From contig MCFE01000155.1 of assembly GCA_002104905.1 (NCBI GenBank), forward strand, positions 1-64,000: a stretch of 64,000 nucleotides of DNA, in the 5' to 3' direction. The translations under genes were made by a program, and so were the position numbers. The DNA is from Basidiobolus meristosporus CBS 931.73. Its lineage: Eukaryota > Fungi > Basidiobolomycota. Shown piece by piece: positions 13,692-26,683 of this stretch (its first letter is position 1; each line of letters opens with the position of its first letter). The notes under the pieces are model-generated. The model worked only from the letters and a program-made list of their open reading frames with translations, did not search any database and had not been told where the DNA came from.

Positions 13692-15224
13692 ATGGCTTTT
13701 GGACTCACCAAAACAAATCTTCCGCTTGAATGCTTACCGGATATCTTTCGCTGGCTAAAAAACGACTCTGCTACGCTTTACAATGTGTGCTTCGTGTCAC
13801 GAGGTTGGTCTACACTCGGTGTCACTTATTTGTACAAAGATCCCTGGAGCCTGGTTTCGCACGAGATCACCTGCAACCGACTTTCCAAACTCCGCATTGC
13901 ACTGCTTCTTCGGACTCACTTAAGCTGTGTTGATCTGTCAACTTTTGGTGCTGAGGAGCAAGTTCGAATATCGCAGATCCAGGCTATTTGTGTACCTCGC
14001 GTCGATTATCTCACAAAAATCTATTCGTTTCTGCACAAACTTGTTGTACAGTTTAGCGCGTCACTCGACGAGGAGTCCGCAAGTCACAATAACTTAACCC
14101 GTGACTATAAGCCGCTATATCCTTACCTTGACTTGGCACGGTCGGTCAATTTGGCAAGAATACAGGAATCCTTACGCTTTGTGAACGCTAATCCTAACCC
14201 ATTATGGTGCTACGACTACTCCGCGGAGGAGGCACTAGTCGACAAGAAAATCACTCAACATCTATGGGCAATTTTCCGAAACAAGAACCCAGGCACTATT
14301 CGCAAACTTGCCTGGAAAGGAATGGTCCCACTGAGGAGCGTGTTTCTCGATAATAAGGCTTTGTCAGATCTTCGGGACCTAGAACTACGGTGGATATATG
14401 ATCCCACCAGCTCACGAAGTGCAGAGGTTACTCATTTCAAGACTTTATTTGCCTCTTCACGCAAGCTTCAAAGAATCAGCCTCCATATTGACCCGTGGGT
14501 CGAAAAGATCGAGGATCGGGATATTGCAGATCTTGTATCTCTGCAAGACCCAGGCTCGCTAAAGTCCCTACACGTCAAAGGTACACACCATCCATTGGTC
14601 GAGACGATCGACGCCTTGTTATACCATCACCAGCACAGTCTTCGTGAACTTCATATCAGTGATTATTTTGCAAGCGAGGGAGGGCTTGAGAGGATTGGGG
14701 AGTTTAGCCAGCTGAAGTCCTTGAAATTCCACGATTGTCATCTAAGCGATCAGGAGTTTTCTGGTATAGTGGGTGCTTGTAAGAATCTCCGAGAGCTGCA
14801 TCTTTGCAAATTGCCCAATTTAAGTTGCTCGGTTGTACGACAAATTATTGAGACGGCCGGCTCCAATTTGCAAAAGCTGGTGATAAGTCAAATTGGCCAT
14901 GAGATCCTCGATGTGGAGACCGTCTATAGCCTTGTGCGTTTTGCGAAGAACCTGAGGCATCTGGACATCCAAAAAATGACATTTCCAGCGGCTGAAATGT
15001 GCCAGTTTATAGAGAGCACACCACAGTTAGAGTATGTTGCGCTCGGCGAGCCTATTGGCAATACACCTTCAAGTGGAGACTTAATCATCAAGTCCGTCAT
15101 GGGCAACTGCCCAAAATTAAGGTATCTAAATGCCTCCGAATTGATGATCACCGGAAAATCGCTGAAGGATTTAACCGAGCATCCTACTTTGAAGAATATC
15201 GCCCTTCCCATATTTGTCAGTTAA
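13692..15224 (+). CDS. F-box-like / RNI-like leucine-rich repeat protein, intronless
   Basis: 510-aa ORF with N-terminal LPLECLPDIFRWL...TLYNVCFVSRGW (F-box-like) and C-terminal LxxLxL repeats (LRELHISD, LKSLKFHDC, LRELHLCKLPNL, LRHLDI, CPKLRYLN). Confidence 0.8.
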   Translation: MAFGLTKTNLPLECLPDIFRWLKNDSATLYNVCFVSRGWSTLGVTYLYKDPWSLVSHEITCNRLSKLRIALLLRTHLSCVDLSTFGAEEQVRISQIQAICVPRVDYLTKIYSFLHKLVVQFSASLDEESASHNNLTRDYKPLYPYLDLARSVNLARIQESLRFVNANPNPLWCYDYSAEEALVDKKITQHLWAIFRNKNPGTIRKLAWKGMVPLRSVFLDNKALSDLRDLELRWIYDPTSSRSAEVTHFKTLFASSRKLQRISLHIDPWVEKIEDRDIADLVSLQDPGSLKSLHVKGTHHPLVETIDALLYHHQHSLRELHISDYFASEGGLERIGEFSQLKSLKFHDCHLSDQEFSGIVGACKNLRELHLCKLPNLSCSVVRQIIETAGSNLQKLVISQIGHEILDVETVYSLVRFAKNLRHLDIQKMTFPAAEMCQFIESTPQLEYVALGEPIGNTPSSGDLIIKSVMGNCPKLRYLNASELMITGKSLKDLTEHPTLKNIALPIFVS

Positions 15225-16359
15225 TTCAGCCTCGCTGTTCATACGGACCAAGGTCCATACCATGTTTATAGTGTACCCAAACCTGTTCTATAACTCCCCC
15301 AACAATTTAGTAAATACCGCTGTTTAACTATACAACGCTTGAGCTTTCGATGTAATACTATTGTCAGGTGTGACGAATCACAGGGAAGCGTGTATCGTTC
15401 TGCTCTCGACAGCCATATAGCTCCGGTTGAGAGCCAATATTTACTTATATGTAGCCATACTGTGGGATGATTGATAGTGTCTGAAGTGTTTATATACCTA
15501 AAATTAGCCTACTCAATCATTGTTTACAAGAAGGCTAAACCCTAATGGCTTTAGGACCTGGCGGGAATAAGGTTTGATTTAGACTAAACACCTGCCTAGG
15601 GACAGGTCAATTGGTATTGTTGCTCCGTGGGACAAATCAATCAGCAACAATCTTACCATTAGCACGCCTGGGTGGAATTTACTCTCATACTGCACACAAT
15701 TAGGTTCCATTTGGTGCTGGTACATCATTGGTCAGCTGAAATGAGCCATATTTGTTGTGTTCATTTTAAACTCAGTGGGATATGAGCAGTATTCAATTTG
15801 CCGGATTGCATCGGTATGCCTGAGACTGCTTCCATGCAAGGCAGAGGGGCAATCCAGCGTCGCTGCAGAGGCTCCCCTACATCGCCTTCCTTACTACCAG
15901 CATTCCTTAGCAAGCCGTAGCGTTTGCTATGTGGCCATTCATATGTTCGGTGCGCATGATCAGCTCTTCAAGGTGGGGGAATCAATTTGGTGGCTATTTG
16001 GGATGTTTTGATGTTGGCAGCTACGAATATATTAGGTTTATTGAATTGAATGATTTGTTTTTGGTGCCATCTGCTGAGCCAATCGTTCTCCATCACCCCT
16101 AATACAGCCAACCTAATCGTTGCCATAATGGAAAATACACTTCATCAATCCACATAGTTTTTTCAGCAGTGACGATATTTTCAACGTCACCTGCATATTT
16201 ATTGTAGACTTCTTACTCTCTTGCAGTCAAATATCCCCTACTGGATAGTCTTTGCAACCTTTTTCCTTTCTGTAAAATAGAGCTTAGAAAGCTTTGGTGC
16301 TTTTTCGCAAATATTTGTAGATATTTTCCGGAGTTTCTATACCTATCCTATGTTGTAGG

Positions 16360-19300
16360 ATGACTATTCAAACCACCAATCCTGGGACATTAATTCCTTC
16401 CGACCATGAAGACGTTGTTGGTAGGTTATCCACTCTTACACCTCATCTTGGTGACCATCCTAGTTGATTCTCATCGTATTTCCGTAGGTCTAAGGGGCAG
16501 AGTTAGGCTTCAAAAGAATCTAACCATCGACAGCGATTCTTTTCGAGCGCGCAGAAATGCCGCTTGGATAGAGATGGAGAGACGTAACCTCCAGGTATAC
16601 GAGTACTTATGCCATATCGGCGAAGCAAAGGAGTAAGCCACTATGCAAGCTTAACACGGAGTTCTCTTTGCTGAAGGTTTACTCTATAGGTGGATTGAGA
16701 CCTGCATCAAAGAGGAAATACCCCCTATCGACAAAATTGAAGAAGGCTTGCGGAATGGTATCATCATTGCTAAGCTAGCCCAAGCCTACGAGCCCGACTG
16801 TGTCAAGCGAATTTTTGATGTAAGGATGGTGTCGGATATGATATGCCGTAGATTTCTAACGCTTACCCTCGATGGCTTCATTATACAGGACCCGAAATTA
16901 CAATATAGACATTCCGATAATATCAATTTCTTTTTTGCCGCTATCAAGAAGATTGGCCTTCCAGAGGTACATTAAATGTGTGCATTGTTCTCCGGATAAT
17001 CACTGATACCGTTGCTCGGTAGAACTTCTATTTCGAGCTTACAGACCTATATGAAAAGAAGAATCTTCCTAAAGTGATATATTGTATACATGCACTAGGG
17101 TACTCATCCACATCCAAGGATTTCCCTACTGGACTTCATTAACCTGGTTCCTTTCAGTCATTTACTCTTTCAGCAAAGCCGTGGTCCAAGTATTAACGAT
17201 TTGATCGGCAAGCTGAATTTCTCGGGTACGCTTTCGTTACGTTCTAATACCGCTGATCCTGCTGCCACATGCTAATAATATTGCCATAGAGGAGCAGCTC
17301 CAAACCGCGAAGAAGGAGTTGGAGAGAACGGGAGTTTCTATGCCTGCTTTCAAGAACGTTGAGATTGCTTTGACCCAGGAGCTGCAAAAACTTGAGCCGC
17401 AACAAGCAGTCAAAGAAGGTGGGATATTTGCGGTATCTGTTAGTGGGTTGGTTTCATCCAGGATACTAATCTCGCCACCTATTGAACTATTTTAGAGAAA
17501 GCCACTTACTGGAAGACCCGGGAGTTGTCAGTGCAAAAATGCCAGGCTATTGCAAGAGGGTACTTGGCGCGACGCTCCTACAAAGTTCATAGGGCCACTT
17601 ACCATGAAAATACCCAGTTGACGATAAAGATCCAGTCGCAGGCTCGTGGAGTGATCGCACGAAAGCTTCTCTATAACAAGCTCAACTCCATCAAAACTGC
17701 TGAGCCTAGTATCGTAAAGGTAGATCGATGAACTTTCTCCTCTGCAAAGATCCATACTCATGATTCTCGACAGCTACAAAATTTGGCCAGAGGATATCTA
17801 GCACGAAAGCGTCAGAATGAACGGAAAGAGCACTACAAAGTTCATCAACGGGAGGTTACTCAGGCACAAGCGGTCGTTCGTGGGTATCTAACTCGACATC
17901 ACATCAGACAAGAGGACGCATATTATGAGCAGAACGAACATAAAATTGTGCTGGCGCAAGCTGTCGTTCGCGGTTATCTGACCCGTAATCACATAAAGCA
18001 GGATCAGTGCTATTATGAAGAAAGAAAGGCGGAAGTTGTCCACGCACAGGCCCTCACTCGCGGCTTCTTGGTCCGGAAACAATTGGAGAAACAACAGGCG
18101 CATTATAAAATCCACGAGGACAAGGTAGTGAAGGTACAGGCCCTCGTGCGAGGAGTTTTATCTCGCCAAAAAGTCCGAGAGGTGTTGGAGCACTACCATA
18201 TGGAAGAGGATAAAGTTGTCCAGATTCAAGCGCTGATCAGAGGCAATCTAGCTCGTAAACGTATGGCTGCGCTAAGAGACGACCCAGAGTTTGTTGCACA
18301 GCAGATGCTCAGGTTGCCAGCTCTAGATCGCAACATGATATCCCATCAGAACTCCCAGGATGTTTTGGAGCACTATGCAAATCATGAAGAAATGATGCAC
18401 CAAGGCCAAGCATTTGCCAAGGGTTATCTTTTAGAGCAAATGAAGCAGCAGGAGTTACAGCATTACCAGGAGCATGAGGAGCATATTGTTGAGGAACAGG
18501 CGCTTACGAAGGGATTCATAACGAAATATTTAAAGCCAGAGAAAGTGCAACACTATTCTGCCAATATTGACAAGGTCATCAAAGTGCAGAGCATTTTCCG
18601 AGCCAAGATGGCGAAGAAAGCCTATCATGAGCTAAGTAAGTTGAGCGATCTATCGTTCTGGCTCCTAAGGTTTATTTTTACTAATGTGATTGTTCGCCAA
18701 TTTGTAGCTTCCGAGGAAAATCCACCAGTTACAACGATGCGCAACTTCTTGCATTTGGTTGATGATAGTGAGAAAGACTTCCAAGAAGAGATGGGTGAGT
18801 GGCGCTTCATTCCAACTATGAAATCCCATCGTTCTAACAGTAGTCTCGACCGTATATAGATCTGGAAGTCCTCAGGCAAAGAGCAGTTTTGACTATTCGT
18901 GAAAACAACGAGCTGGAATCGCTGCTGAACGATCTGGATATTAAAATTGCTCTGCTGGTCAAAAATCGAATCTCGCTCGAAGAGGTTATCAAGGTATCTA
19001 GGCGCCAATACAAAGTGGTGGACGACTATCAATCGGCGCATGCCGCTTCATCGCTGAAAAGTTTGGACAAAGACAGTAGGCATCGATTGGAATGCTATCA
19101 GCACCTCTTCTACCTACTCCAAACCCAGCCGGTGTACCTTGCACGTCTACTCTTTGTAATGAACCAAAACATGATGGGCGATCATGCTAAGAAATTCGTG
19201 GAAACAGTTGTCCTTACCTTGTTCGGGTTTGCACAGAATGAAAGAGAGGAATACTTGCTCTTGAAGTTATTTAAAGCAGCCATTGAAGTGGAGATTTCGA

Positions 19301-21114
19301 ATGTCGCCAATGTTCAAGATTTCCTGCGAGGAAACCCAGTATTCATTAAGCTAGCTGTCCATTACAACCGTGGTGCCAAGGAGCGTAAATATCTCCGCGA
19401 ACTCCTCCAGCCACTTGTCAAGCAAATCATCGAAGACCCTACCATGGATCTGGAGACTGATCCCGTCTCGATATATAGGAAGTTGATCAGGGAAGAGGAG
19501 TCTAGAACCGGACAGCGCAGTGAAAGGCCATACGATGTTAGCCTGGACACTGCCCTGGACGATCTTGACACTCGAAACACACTGGTATCTCACCTGAAGC
19601 AACTGACTTCCATCACAACCCGCTTCGTCAATGAGATCCATTCGTCTTTGGATAGGATGCCTTACGGTATTAGATATATTGCTCGTGAACTGAGGGACGC
19701 ATTAATGCAGAAGCTTCCTCAGGAGCAGGAAAACAACGTCCTCAAAGTTGTCGGGCATTTGGTGTATTATCGTTACATCAACCCGGCCATCATTGCTCCG
19801 GATAGTTTCGATGTTATCGAGACACCGATCAACCCGATGCAACGAAAGAATCTTGCCGAGATCGCAAAGATGCTCAACCAAGTTTCTGTCGGAAAGCCCT
19901 TTTCCAACGAAAACATCGGCCTGAAACCTTTGGACAGCTTTATCAAATTCACTTCAGAGAGCTTCGCTCAATATTCTTATAATGTTACAGTGGTAGACGA
20001 CCCAGAAACATATTTCCAGATTGACGAATTCTTGGATCTGGCCAACCGCCAGAAGCCAGTCATTTACATCAATACAAGTGAGGTTTTCTCGGTTCACGCT
20101 CTGATCGAAGAGAATATTGACATTCTAGCCCCTGAGGGCGAGGATCCCTTGAGAGTCATTTTGGAAGACTTGGGGCGTGCTCCTGCGCTCAAGGATGTCA
20201 CTCGCGACAAGGAGCTGTCCCTCACCTTGTCCAATCGATTTGCTGATCTTGCTGATGACGAATCAGAGGTGAAGCAGTTGTTTGTCGAAACCAAGCGGTA
20301 TATCCTCTACATCATTCGTATACAATCGGGAAGAAACCTGTTGGAGATCCTTGAGAAGCCCGTGACTGCCAGGGAGTTGGCCAAGTACAGTGATATCATC
20401 TCCAAGGAAAAGGCCAAGAATACTATTGCCAAAGGAAGCCTCAACCTGGAAAGTATTGATTTCGCTCAGTTGAAGTTGGCTACTCTGGAGAATCTGACCG
20501 TGCTGGAAGAGTTCGGAAAGGTCGATTCCACCGATGGGTACCAAGCAGTGTTGAACAGCATAGCTACTGACATCCGGAATAAGCATCGTCGTCGTGTGCA
20601 ACGTCGACAGGAGTTGAGGCGTATTCGACAGACCTTGCTGAACTTGGCCGACAAGACCAACTATTTGGAAGAGCAAAAGCAAACATACCTCGATTACATC
20701 AACGCGTGCATGACACAGATCACACAAAAGAAAGGAAAGAAGGCCCGCGTCTTTCCTTTTACGCGACAATATTTCCACATCAAGGATCTCCAACGCTCTG
20801 GCAAGGTTCCCAAATTCGGATCCTACAAGTACACCGCGGAGCGGTTGCATCAGAAAGGAGTCCTTTTGGAAGTTCGCCAGTTTTCGCCCAAACAGTACGA
20901 CAAAATCAGTATCATCATATCGTCGGATGAGGCTGGGGTCTTCCAAGTTGTTGTTTCATTCATGGGGGCTCGCGTGGAAGAGTCGGAGGTTAGATTGGAT
21001 GAGTTGCTTCAATACCAGTTTAACAACGTCAACGTGATCAGTCTCTTCGACGACAATGTAAAGGTGAACGTTAATTTATTGATCTTCTTAGTTAACAAGA
21101 AATTCTACGTATAA
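16360..21114 (+). CDS. IQGAP family Ras GTPase-activating-like protein (CH domain, IQ repeats, RasGAP, RasGAP_C), about 10 introns
   Basis: Spliced CH domain (YEYLCHIGEAKEWIE...LRNGIIIAKLA...YRHSDNINFF...FELTDLYEKKNLPKVIYCIHAL), ~30-aa IQxxxRGxxxR repeats, GRD (LFYLLQTQPVYLARL, YYRYINPAIIAPD) and C-terminal KVNVNLLIFLVNKKFY. The start codon is tentative and an upstream exon is possible. Confidence 0.92.
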
Positions 21115-21441
21115 TTAGTAATTAGTTTTGGCATCTATTCAATCTATCTTATCATCCTCAACCTTTACATTCCTTGTATTCTTATTTCTTGCTGGTTTTA
21201 TCTGGTGTAATAAAATGTTGAAAACATGCGTGGTTTGGAAAGGTTTTTACTTTCAGCACATGCATGGTGGGCCTGTGTTCTTCGAACATGAGAGGACCAG
21301 ACCATGATGCGCGGTAATTTCCAACATGTATAATAATGACAGGTATCGAGGGAAAGCATCTCAGACCAGAATGAACTCTAAACTCTAATTACAAAATAGT
21401 CATTCTACAGTCATCTCTAGGTAGGGGGAGCCAGCAAAAAT

Positions 21442-23746
21442 TCAGACATCCAATGTTCTTCGTCGAGTATCATGCGAAATGGTATCGTATTCGTTCTCTA
21501 AGCTGACAACTTCTAAACTCCTGGTTCCACGAACATCCTCCACAATGGATATCAAATCTACACACTTCACCCATTTTGGTGGGTCTCCTACACACTTCTT
21601 CAGTGGGTCTACATAGCCCGGGTACCGCTCGTAAAGCAGGTAGTCGAAATTCTTGAACTCCCGTTCGATCTGTTCGAACTCGTTATTTAAGAGTGCCTTT
21701 TGCTTTGGCTTCGATTTACGTGGCCGAGCTTCAAGCGGATTATTCTCAAATAGTAGCTCATCCAGATCGTACGCCAAGTCGAAGTTGGATCGCTTATTCT
21801 AATAGAATGAAGTTGAATATATGTACTAAGGATAACCATTAGAATACGCTTACACTAGGAGTAAATGGTGGGTCGCATTTCTTCTGTTCCAGCTTGTCCC
21901 AATCAATATCCTGGAAGAAGGCATGCTGTTGTATCCTCAGGAAGCCATCTGGACCACAGCCTAGTCGTTTCGTGACGTCTCTCTCCAGAAACTAGTCCAT
22001 GGAGACAGGTTAGTCATCTATCGTCTACCCAAACACTGTGTACCACACTGGTGTTGATCTGCGTACTACCCCCCCTACCCTCCCCTCCCCTCCGACTATC
22101 CGATCACTTACCCCTTTCAGCGCAGAGATGCACTCTTCGGTGACCGGGCCAGTCTTCGACACCGTTGGGAATGGAATCTCCGCATACTGGATTGCCTCGC
22201 TCACTTTCTCGGCATTTTCAAAGGTGAATGGCCGCTACAAAAGGGTAGAAGATGGTGAGCAAATGCTTGTCGCCAACGGATCCCTCCCATCATCCAACTA
22301 CCACTCAGTTCCCATCCTGGCTTCTCACTCGCCCCGCTCACTTTGTTTCATCATCGCTATTCCTCTTACCTGTCCATATATCGCTTCATAGAACACCACC
22401 CCGAGTGACCACCAATCAACCGTGGTACTATAGCCATGGGAGGAGAACATCTCTGGTGCTAATTGATTGAACCAACAAGCATCAGCATTAGCAAGGCCAC
22501 TTGACTCATTTGCGCATGATAACTCTCCGGCACTGTGGATATACTTACCCATATAGCTATATGTTCCTGAACGTGACTTGAGCGGTTTGCCATTGTATAT
22601 GGTAGCAATGTTGAAATCGGTGAGGTGAGCATGCCCTGGAGAATGATGGTGTCAATGTCAGCGATGGTTGCCACAATACTTCCTCCAGAAAACCCCACAT
22701 ACCCGCTTGATCCAGCAAGATGTTGTCTGGCTTGATGTCCCTGTTTCATGCGAAATCCAGGTGTTTGCTTAGTTATCTGACACGGATGGCCCCAGTAGTC
22801 CTGCGACCATGGGTCTGGACAGCTGTGATGGATCCTTACCTGTGAACAATCGACTGCTTGTGCAAGTAGCGCAAGCTGCAAACCAACTCCGAGATCCAGA
22901 ATTTCACTTCATGCTCGGAGAATTGTCGACGATTCAGGTGGAACCTCAGGTCCCCACCTAGCATCAGATCCAGTGTCATGAACATGTTGTAGTCATCCTG
23001 GAAAGCGAACCGCATGTTGCAAACGAATGGATGATCCAGCTTCTCCAGTATGTTCCGCTCGCGTAGGATGTTCTTCAACGCATTCATCTTGATGCACTCC
23101 ACCTTGTTGATGTACTTGAGCGCATACAGCTTCTTGGAGTCCTTATGCTCGACAATACGGACCTAAGTGATGGTTGAGGGCGGAGGTGGGGTTCCACAGT
23201 ATGATTGAGAAGAGTGGAGTCCGAGTATAGGTGTACGGTGGAGGGTGATGCAAAGCGGAGAGAGAAGAGGAGGGGAGAGGAGAGGAGGAGGGAAGGGAAA
23301 GAAGGGGAAAGAAAGGTTTCGAGAGTTAGCAAGGTTGTCTGATGTACCGAGTATACCACTGAAGCCTGCTTTCACAGTGACCTAGTTGTGGAAAGGTCTC
23401 TATCGCAACATCAGCAACCGCTGTTGGCAGGATAAGAGAGTAGGTGAACGGATATTGGTCTGTGAAAGCCAAGACCAGTGGAGATATCTCAAATTGGCAG
23501 CAAGGAAATGATAATTACCTTCCCAAAACCACCTCTACCTACACTTCTCAGGAGTCTAAACTGTCCGAGGTTTACTACAGCATATTAACAAGATTAAACT
23601 CATGAGCCCTTCTAAATAAGACGCAATCTAATATCCAGTCAAACGAAAGGCTGGACAAAGAAAACAAAACAACCCGAGAAATTACAAAGAAGCATCGTGA
23701 TACCTTCTTCTTCGAGTTCGAAAGTCTTTGAACTTTGGTTACCCAT
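21442..23746 (-). CDS. YANK/STK32-like AGC Ser/Thr protein kinase, tandem copy 1 (8 exons)
   Basis: Assembled exons read MGNQSS...VGRGGFGK|VRIV...ALKYINK...HR|DIKPDNILLD...DFNIA...APE...DWWSLG. DFN in place of DFG and the C-terminal DLDELLFENNPL fit YANK. N-terminal MGxxxS myristoylation consensus. Canonical splice sites. Confidence 0.88.
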
Positions 23747-24441
23747 TCGACGTTGACCTTGACTAAGCTGATTGAAAAGCCGGGAGCAGCGCCATGTCCT
23801 TGGATTTATTCAAAATGGTTGAAAATCTGAACGATTACCAAAAACGATGAGATGAGACTGATCTCCATTTTAAATGCTGTTTGCATTAAATTGTGCATTC
23901 AGATTGATTGCCTACATTTCAATGGCTCACTATATGATCATGAGGGACGAAAAAGGTGAAGGGTATTGCTTTATAAGGGAAAACGTAATTAAAAGATAAA
24001 TGAGACATGCTGTAAATGCCATCCACGCCGTGTACAAGGATGTTGAGTTTGGTTAGTTCGGCCAAATATGTACGTTGGCAATAATATCATCTGTTGGTTA
24101 TGTGATATGTTTATTTGCCACATAAATTCACAGAAAGATTATGTAGAAAATCAAATTTGTAAGACTAAAAATTTGGTGGAATACTCTAGGATTCGATTTT
24201 GCGTGGTCACATTATTAGGCAAATACTTGGTTATTTAGGATACCGTTGAATAGTGCAGTATAAACGGAGTTGTTAAATTAACGAGGCAACCTTTTTGTGG
24301 TGAACAGTCTATTAGTGGTTAGTGGTAATGTCTGGGAAGATAGATTCATGATGTATTATTTAGAAAGTGTGCTTTTCTTTTTCCTATATATTTACATCTT
24401 TAGATTCGCGGCCCATCAAGAGGTCACTTGCACAGCAAGTC

Positions 24442-26683
24442 TTAAACGTCCATAGTCCTTCTACGCGTGCCAGCTGACTGAACTTTCGTTTCATCGTTGG
24501 TGGAAATGGTCTCCAAACTTTTGGTTTCTCGAAGTTCTTTGACTGGGTGTGGATTTACACATTTAACCCATTCTGGTGGGTCTCCTACGCACATTTTCAA
24601 GGGATCTACGTAGCCCGGGTACCGCTCGTAAAGCAGGTAGTCGAAATTCTTGAACTCCCGCTCGATTCGTCCCATATCTTTGCCTAAAGATGATTTCAGT
24701 TTCTGGATACGTTTACGTGGGCGTGCTTCCAAAGGGTTTTGTTCAAGTAATAGCTCTTCCAAGTCATATGATATATCGAAGTTTGATTGTGTTTGCTAAA
24801 TTTCAGCCCAATTAATATTACTGTCAATATGATCCCACTAAATTTCCTGCTTACACTTGGTACAAACGGAGCTTTGCATTTCTTCTGCTCCAGCTTGTCC
24901 CAATCAATATCCTGGAAGAAGGCATGCTGTTGTATCCTCAGGAAGCCATCTGGACCACAGCCTAGTCGTTTCGTGACGTCTCTCTCCAGAAACTAGTCCA
25001 TGGAGACAGGTTAGTCATCTATCGTCTACCTAAACACTGTGTACTACACTGGTGTTGATCTGCGTACTACCCCCCCTACCCTCCCCTCCGACTATCCGAT
25101 CACTTACCCCTTTCAGCGCAGAGATGCACTCTTCGGTGACCGGGCCAGTCTTCGACACCGTTGGGAATGGAATCTCCGCATACTGGATTGCCTCGCTCAC
25201 TTTCTCGGCATTTTCAAAGGTGAATGGCCGCTACAAAAGGGTAGAAGATGGTGAGCAAATGCTTGTTGTCAACGGATCCCTCCCATCATCCAACTACCAC
25301 TCAGTTCCCATCCTGGCTTCTCCCTCGCCCCGCTCACTTTGTTTCATCATCGCCATTCCTCTTACCTGTCCATATATCGCTTCATAGAACACCACCCCGA
25401 GTGACCACCAATCAACCGTGGTACTATAGCCATGGGAGGAGAACATCTCTGGTGCTAATTGATTGAACCAACAAGCATCAGCATTAGCAAGGCCACTTGA
25501 CTCATTTGCGCATGATAACTCTCCGGCACTGTGGATATACTTACCCATATAGTTGTATGTTCCTGAACGCGACCAGAGTGGCTTGTCGTTGTATGTGATA
25601 GCAATGTTGAAATCAGTGAGGTGAGCATGCCCTGGAGAATGATGGTGTCAATGTCAGCGATGGTTGCCACAATACTTCCTCCAGAAAACCCCACATACCC
25701 GCTTGATCCAGCAAGATGTTGTCTGGCTTGATGTCCCTGTTTCATGCGAAATCCAGGTGTTTGCTTAGTTATCTGACGCGGATGGCCCCAGTAGTCCTGC
25801 GACCATGGGTCTGGACAGCTGTGATGGATCCTTACCTGTGAACAATCGACTGCTTGTGCAAGTAGCGCAAGCTGCAAACCAACTCCGAGATCCAGAATCT
25901 TACTGCATGCTCCGAGAACCGTCGACGATTCAGATGGAACCTCAGGTCCCCACCTAGCATCAGATCCAGTGTCATGAACATGTTGTAGTCATCCTGGAAA
26001 GCGAACCGCATGTTGCAAACGAATGGATGATCCAGCTTCTCCAGTATGTTCCGCTCGCGTAGGATGTTCTTCAACGCATTCATCTTGATGCACTCCACCT
26101 TGTTGATGTACTTGAGTGCATACAGCTTCTTGGAGTCCTTATGCTCGACAATACGGACCTAAGTGATGGTTGAGGGCGGAGGTGGGGTTCCACAGCATGA
26201 TTGAGAAGAGTGGAGTCCGAGTATAGGTGTACGGTGGAGGGTGGTGCAAAGCGGAGAGAGAAGAGGAGGGGAGAGGAGAGGAGAGGAGAGGAGGAGGGAA
26301 GGGAAAGAAGGGGAAAGAAAGGTTTCGAGAGTTAGCAAGGTTGTCTGATGTACCGAGTATACCACTGAAGCCTGCTTTCACAGTGACCTAGTTGTGGAAA
26401 GGTCTCTATCGCAACATCAGCAACCACTGTTGGCAGGATAAGAGAGTAGGTGAACGGATATTGGTCTGTGAAAGCCAAGACCAGTGGAGATATCTCAAAT
26501 TGGCAGCAAGGAAATGATAATTACCTTTCCAAAACTACCTCTGCCAACGCTATTCAGTAGATTGAAGTGCTTGAGATTGACTAAGGGGAGGTATATGATG
26601 AGATCACAGTAAGATTGTGCTACACTATGATGCTGCCTACCTTCATCCGCCATATCGACAACCTTGGATTTCTTATTTCCCAT
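24442..26683 (-). CDS. YANK/STK32-like AGC Ser/Thr protein kinase, tandem copy 2 (8 exons)
   Basis: Same exon structure as copy 1 (43-nt first exon). MGNKKS...VGRGSFGK, HRDIKPDN, DFN and APE motifs, and C-terminal EELLLEQNPLEARPR. Confidence 0.88.

Noticed and set aside
23163-23518. Alternative or poison exon within the long kinase intron 2 (several AG acceptor-like sites, near-identical in both copies)
   Set aside because: Identity between copies is explained by the conversion tract rather than by selection, and the candidate exons carry stops or shift the frame. No transcript evidence is available.
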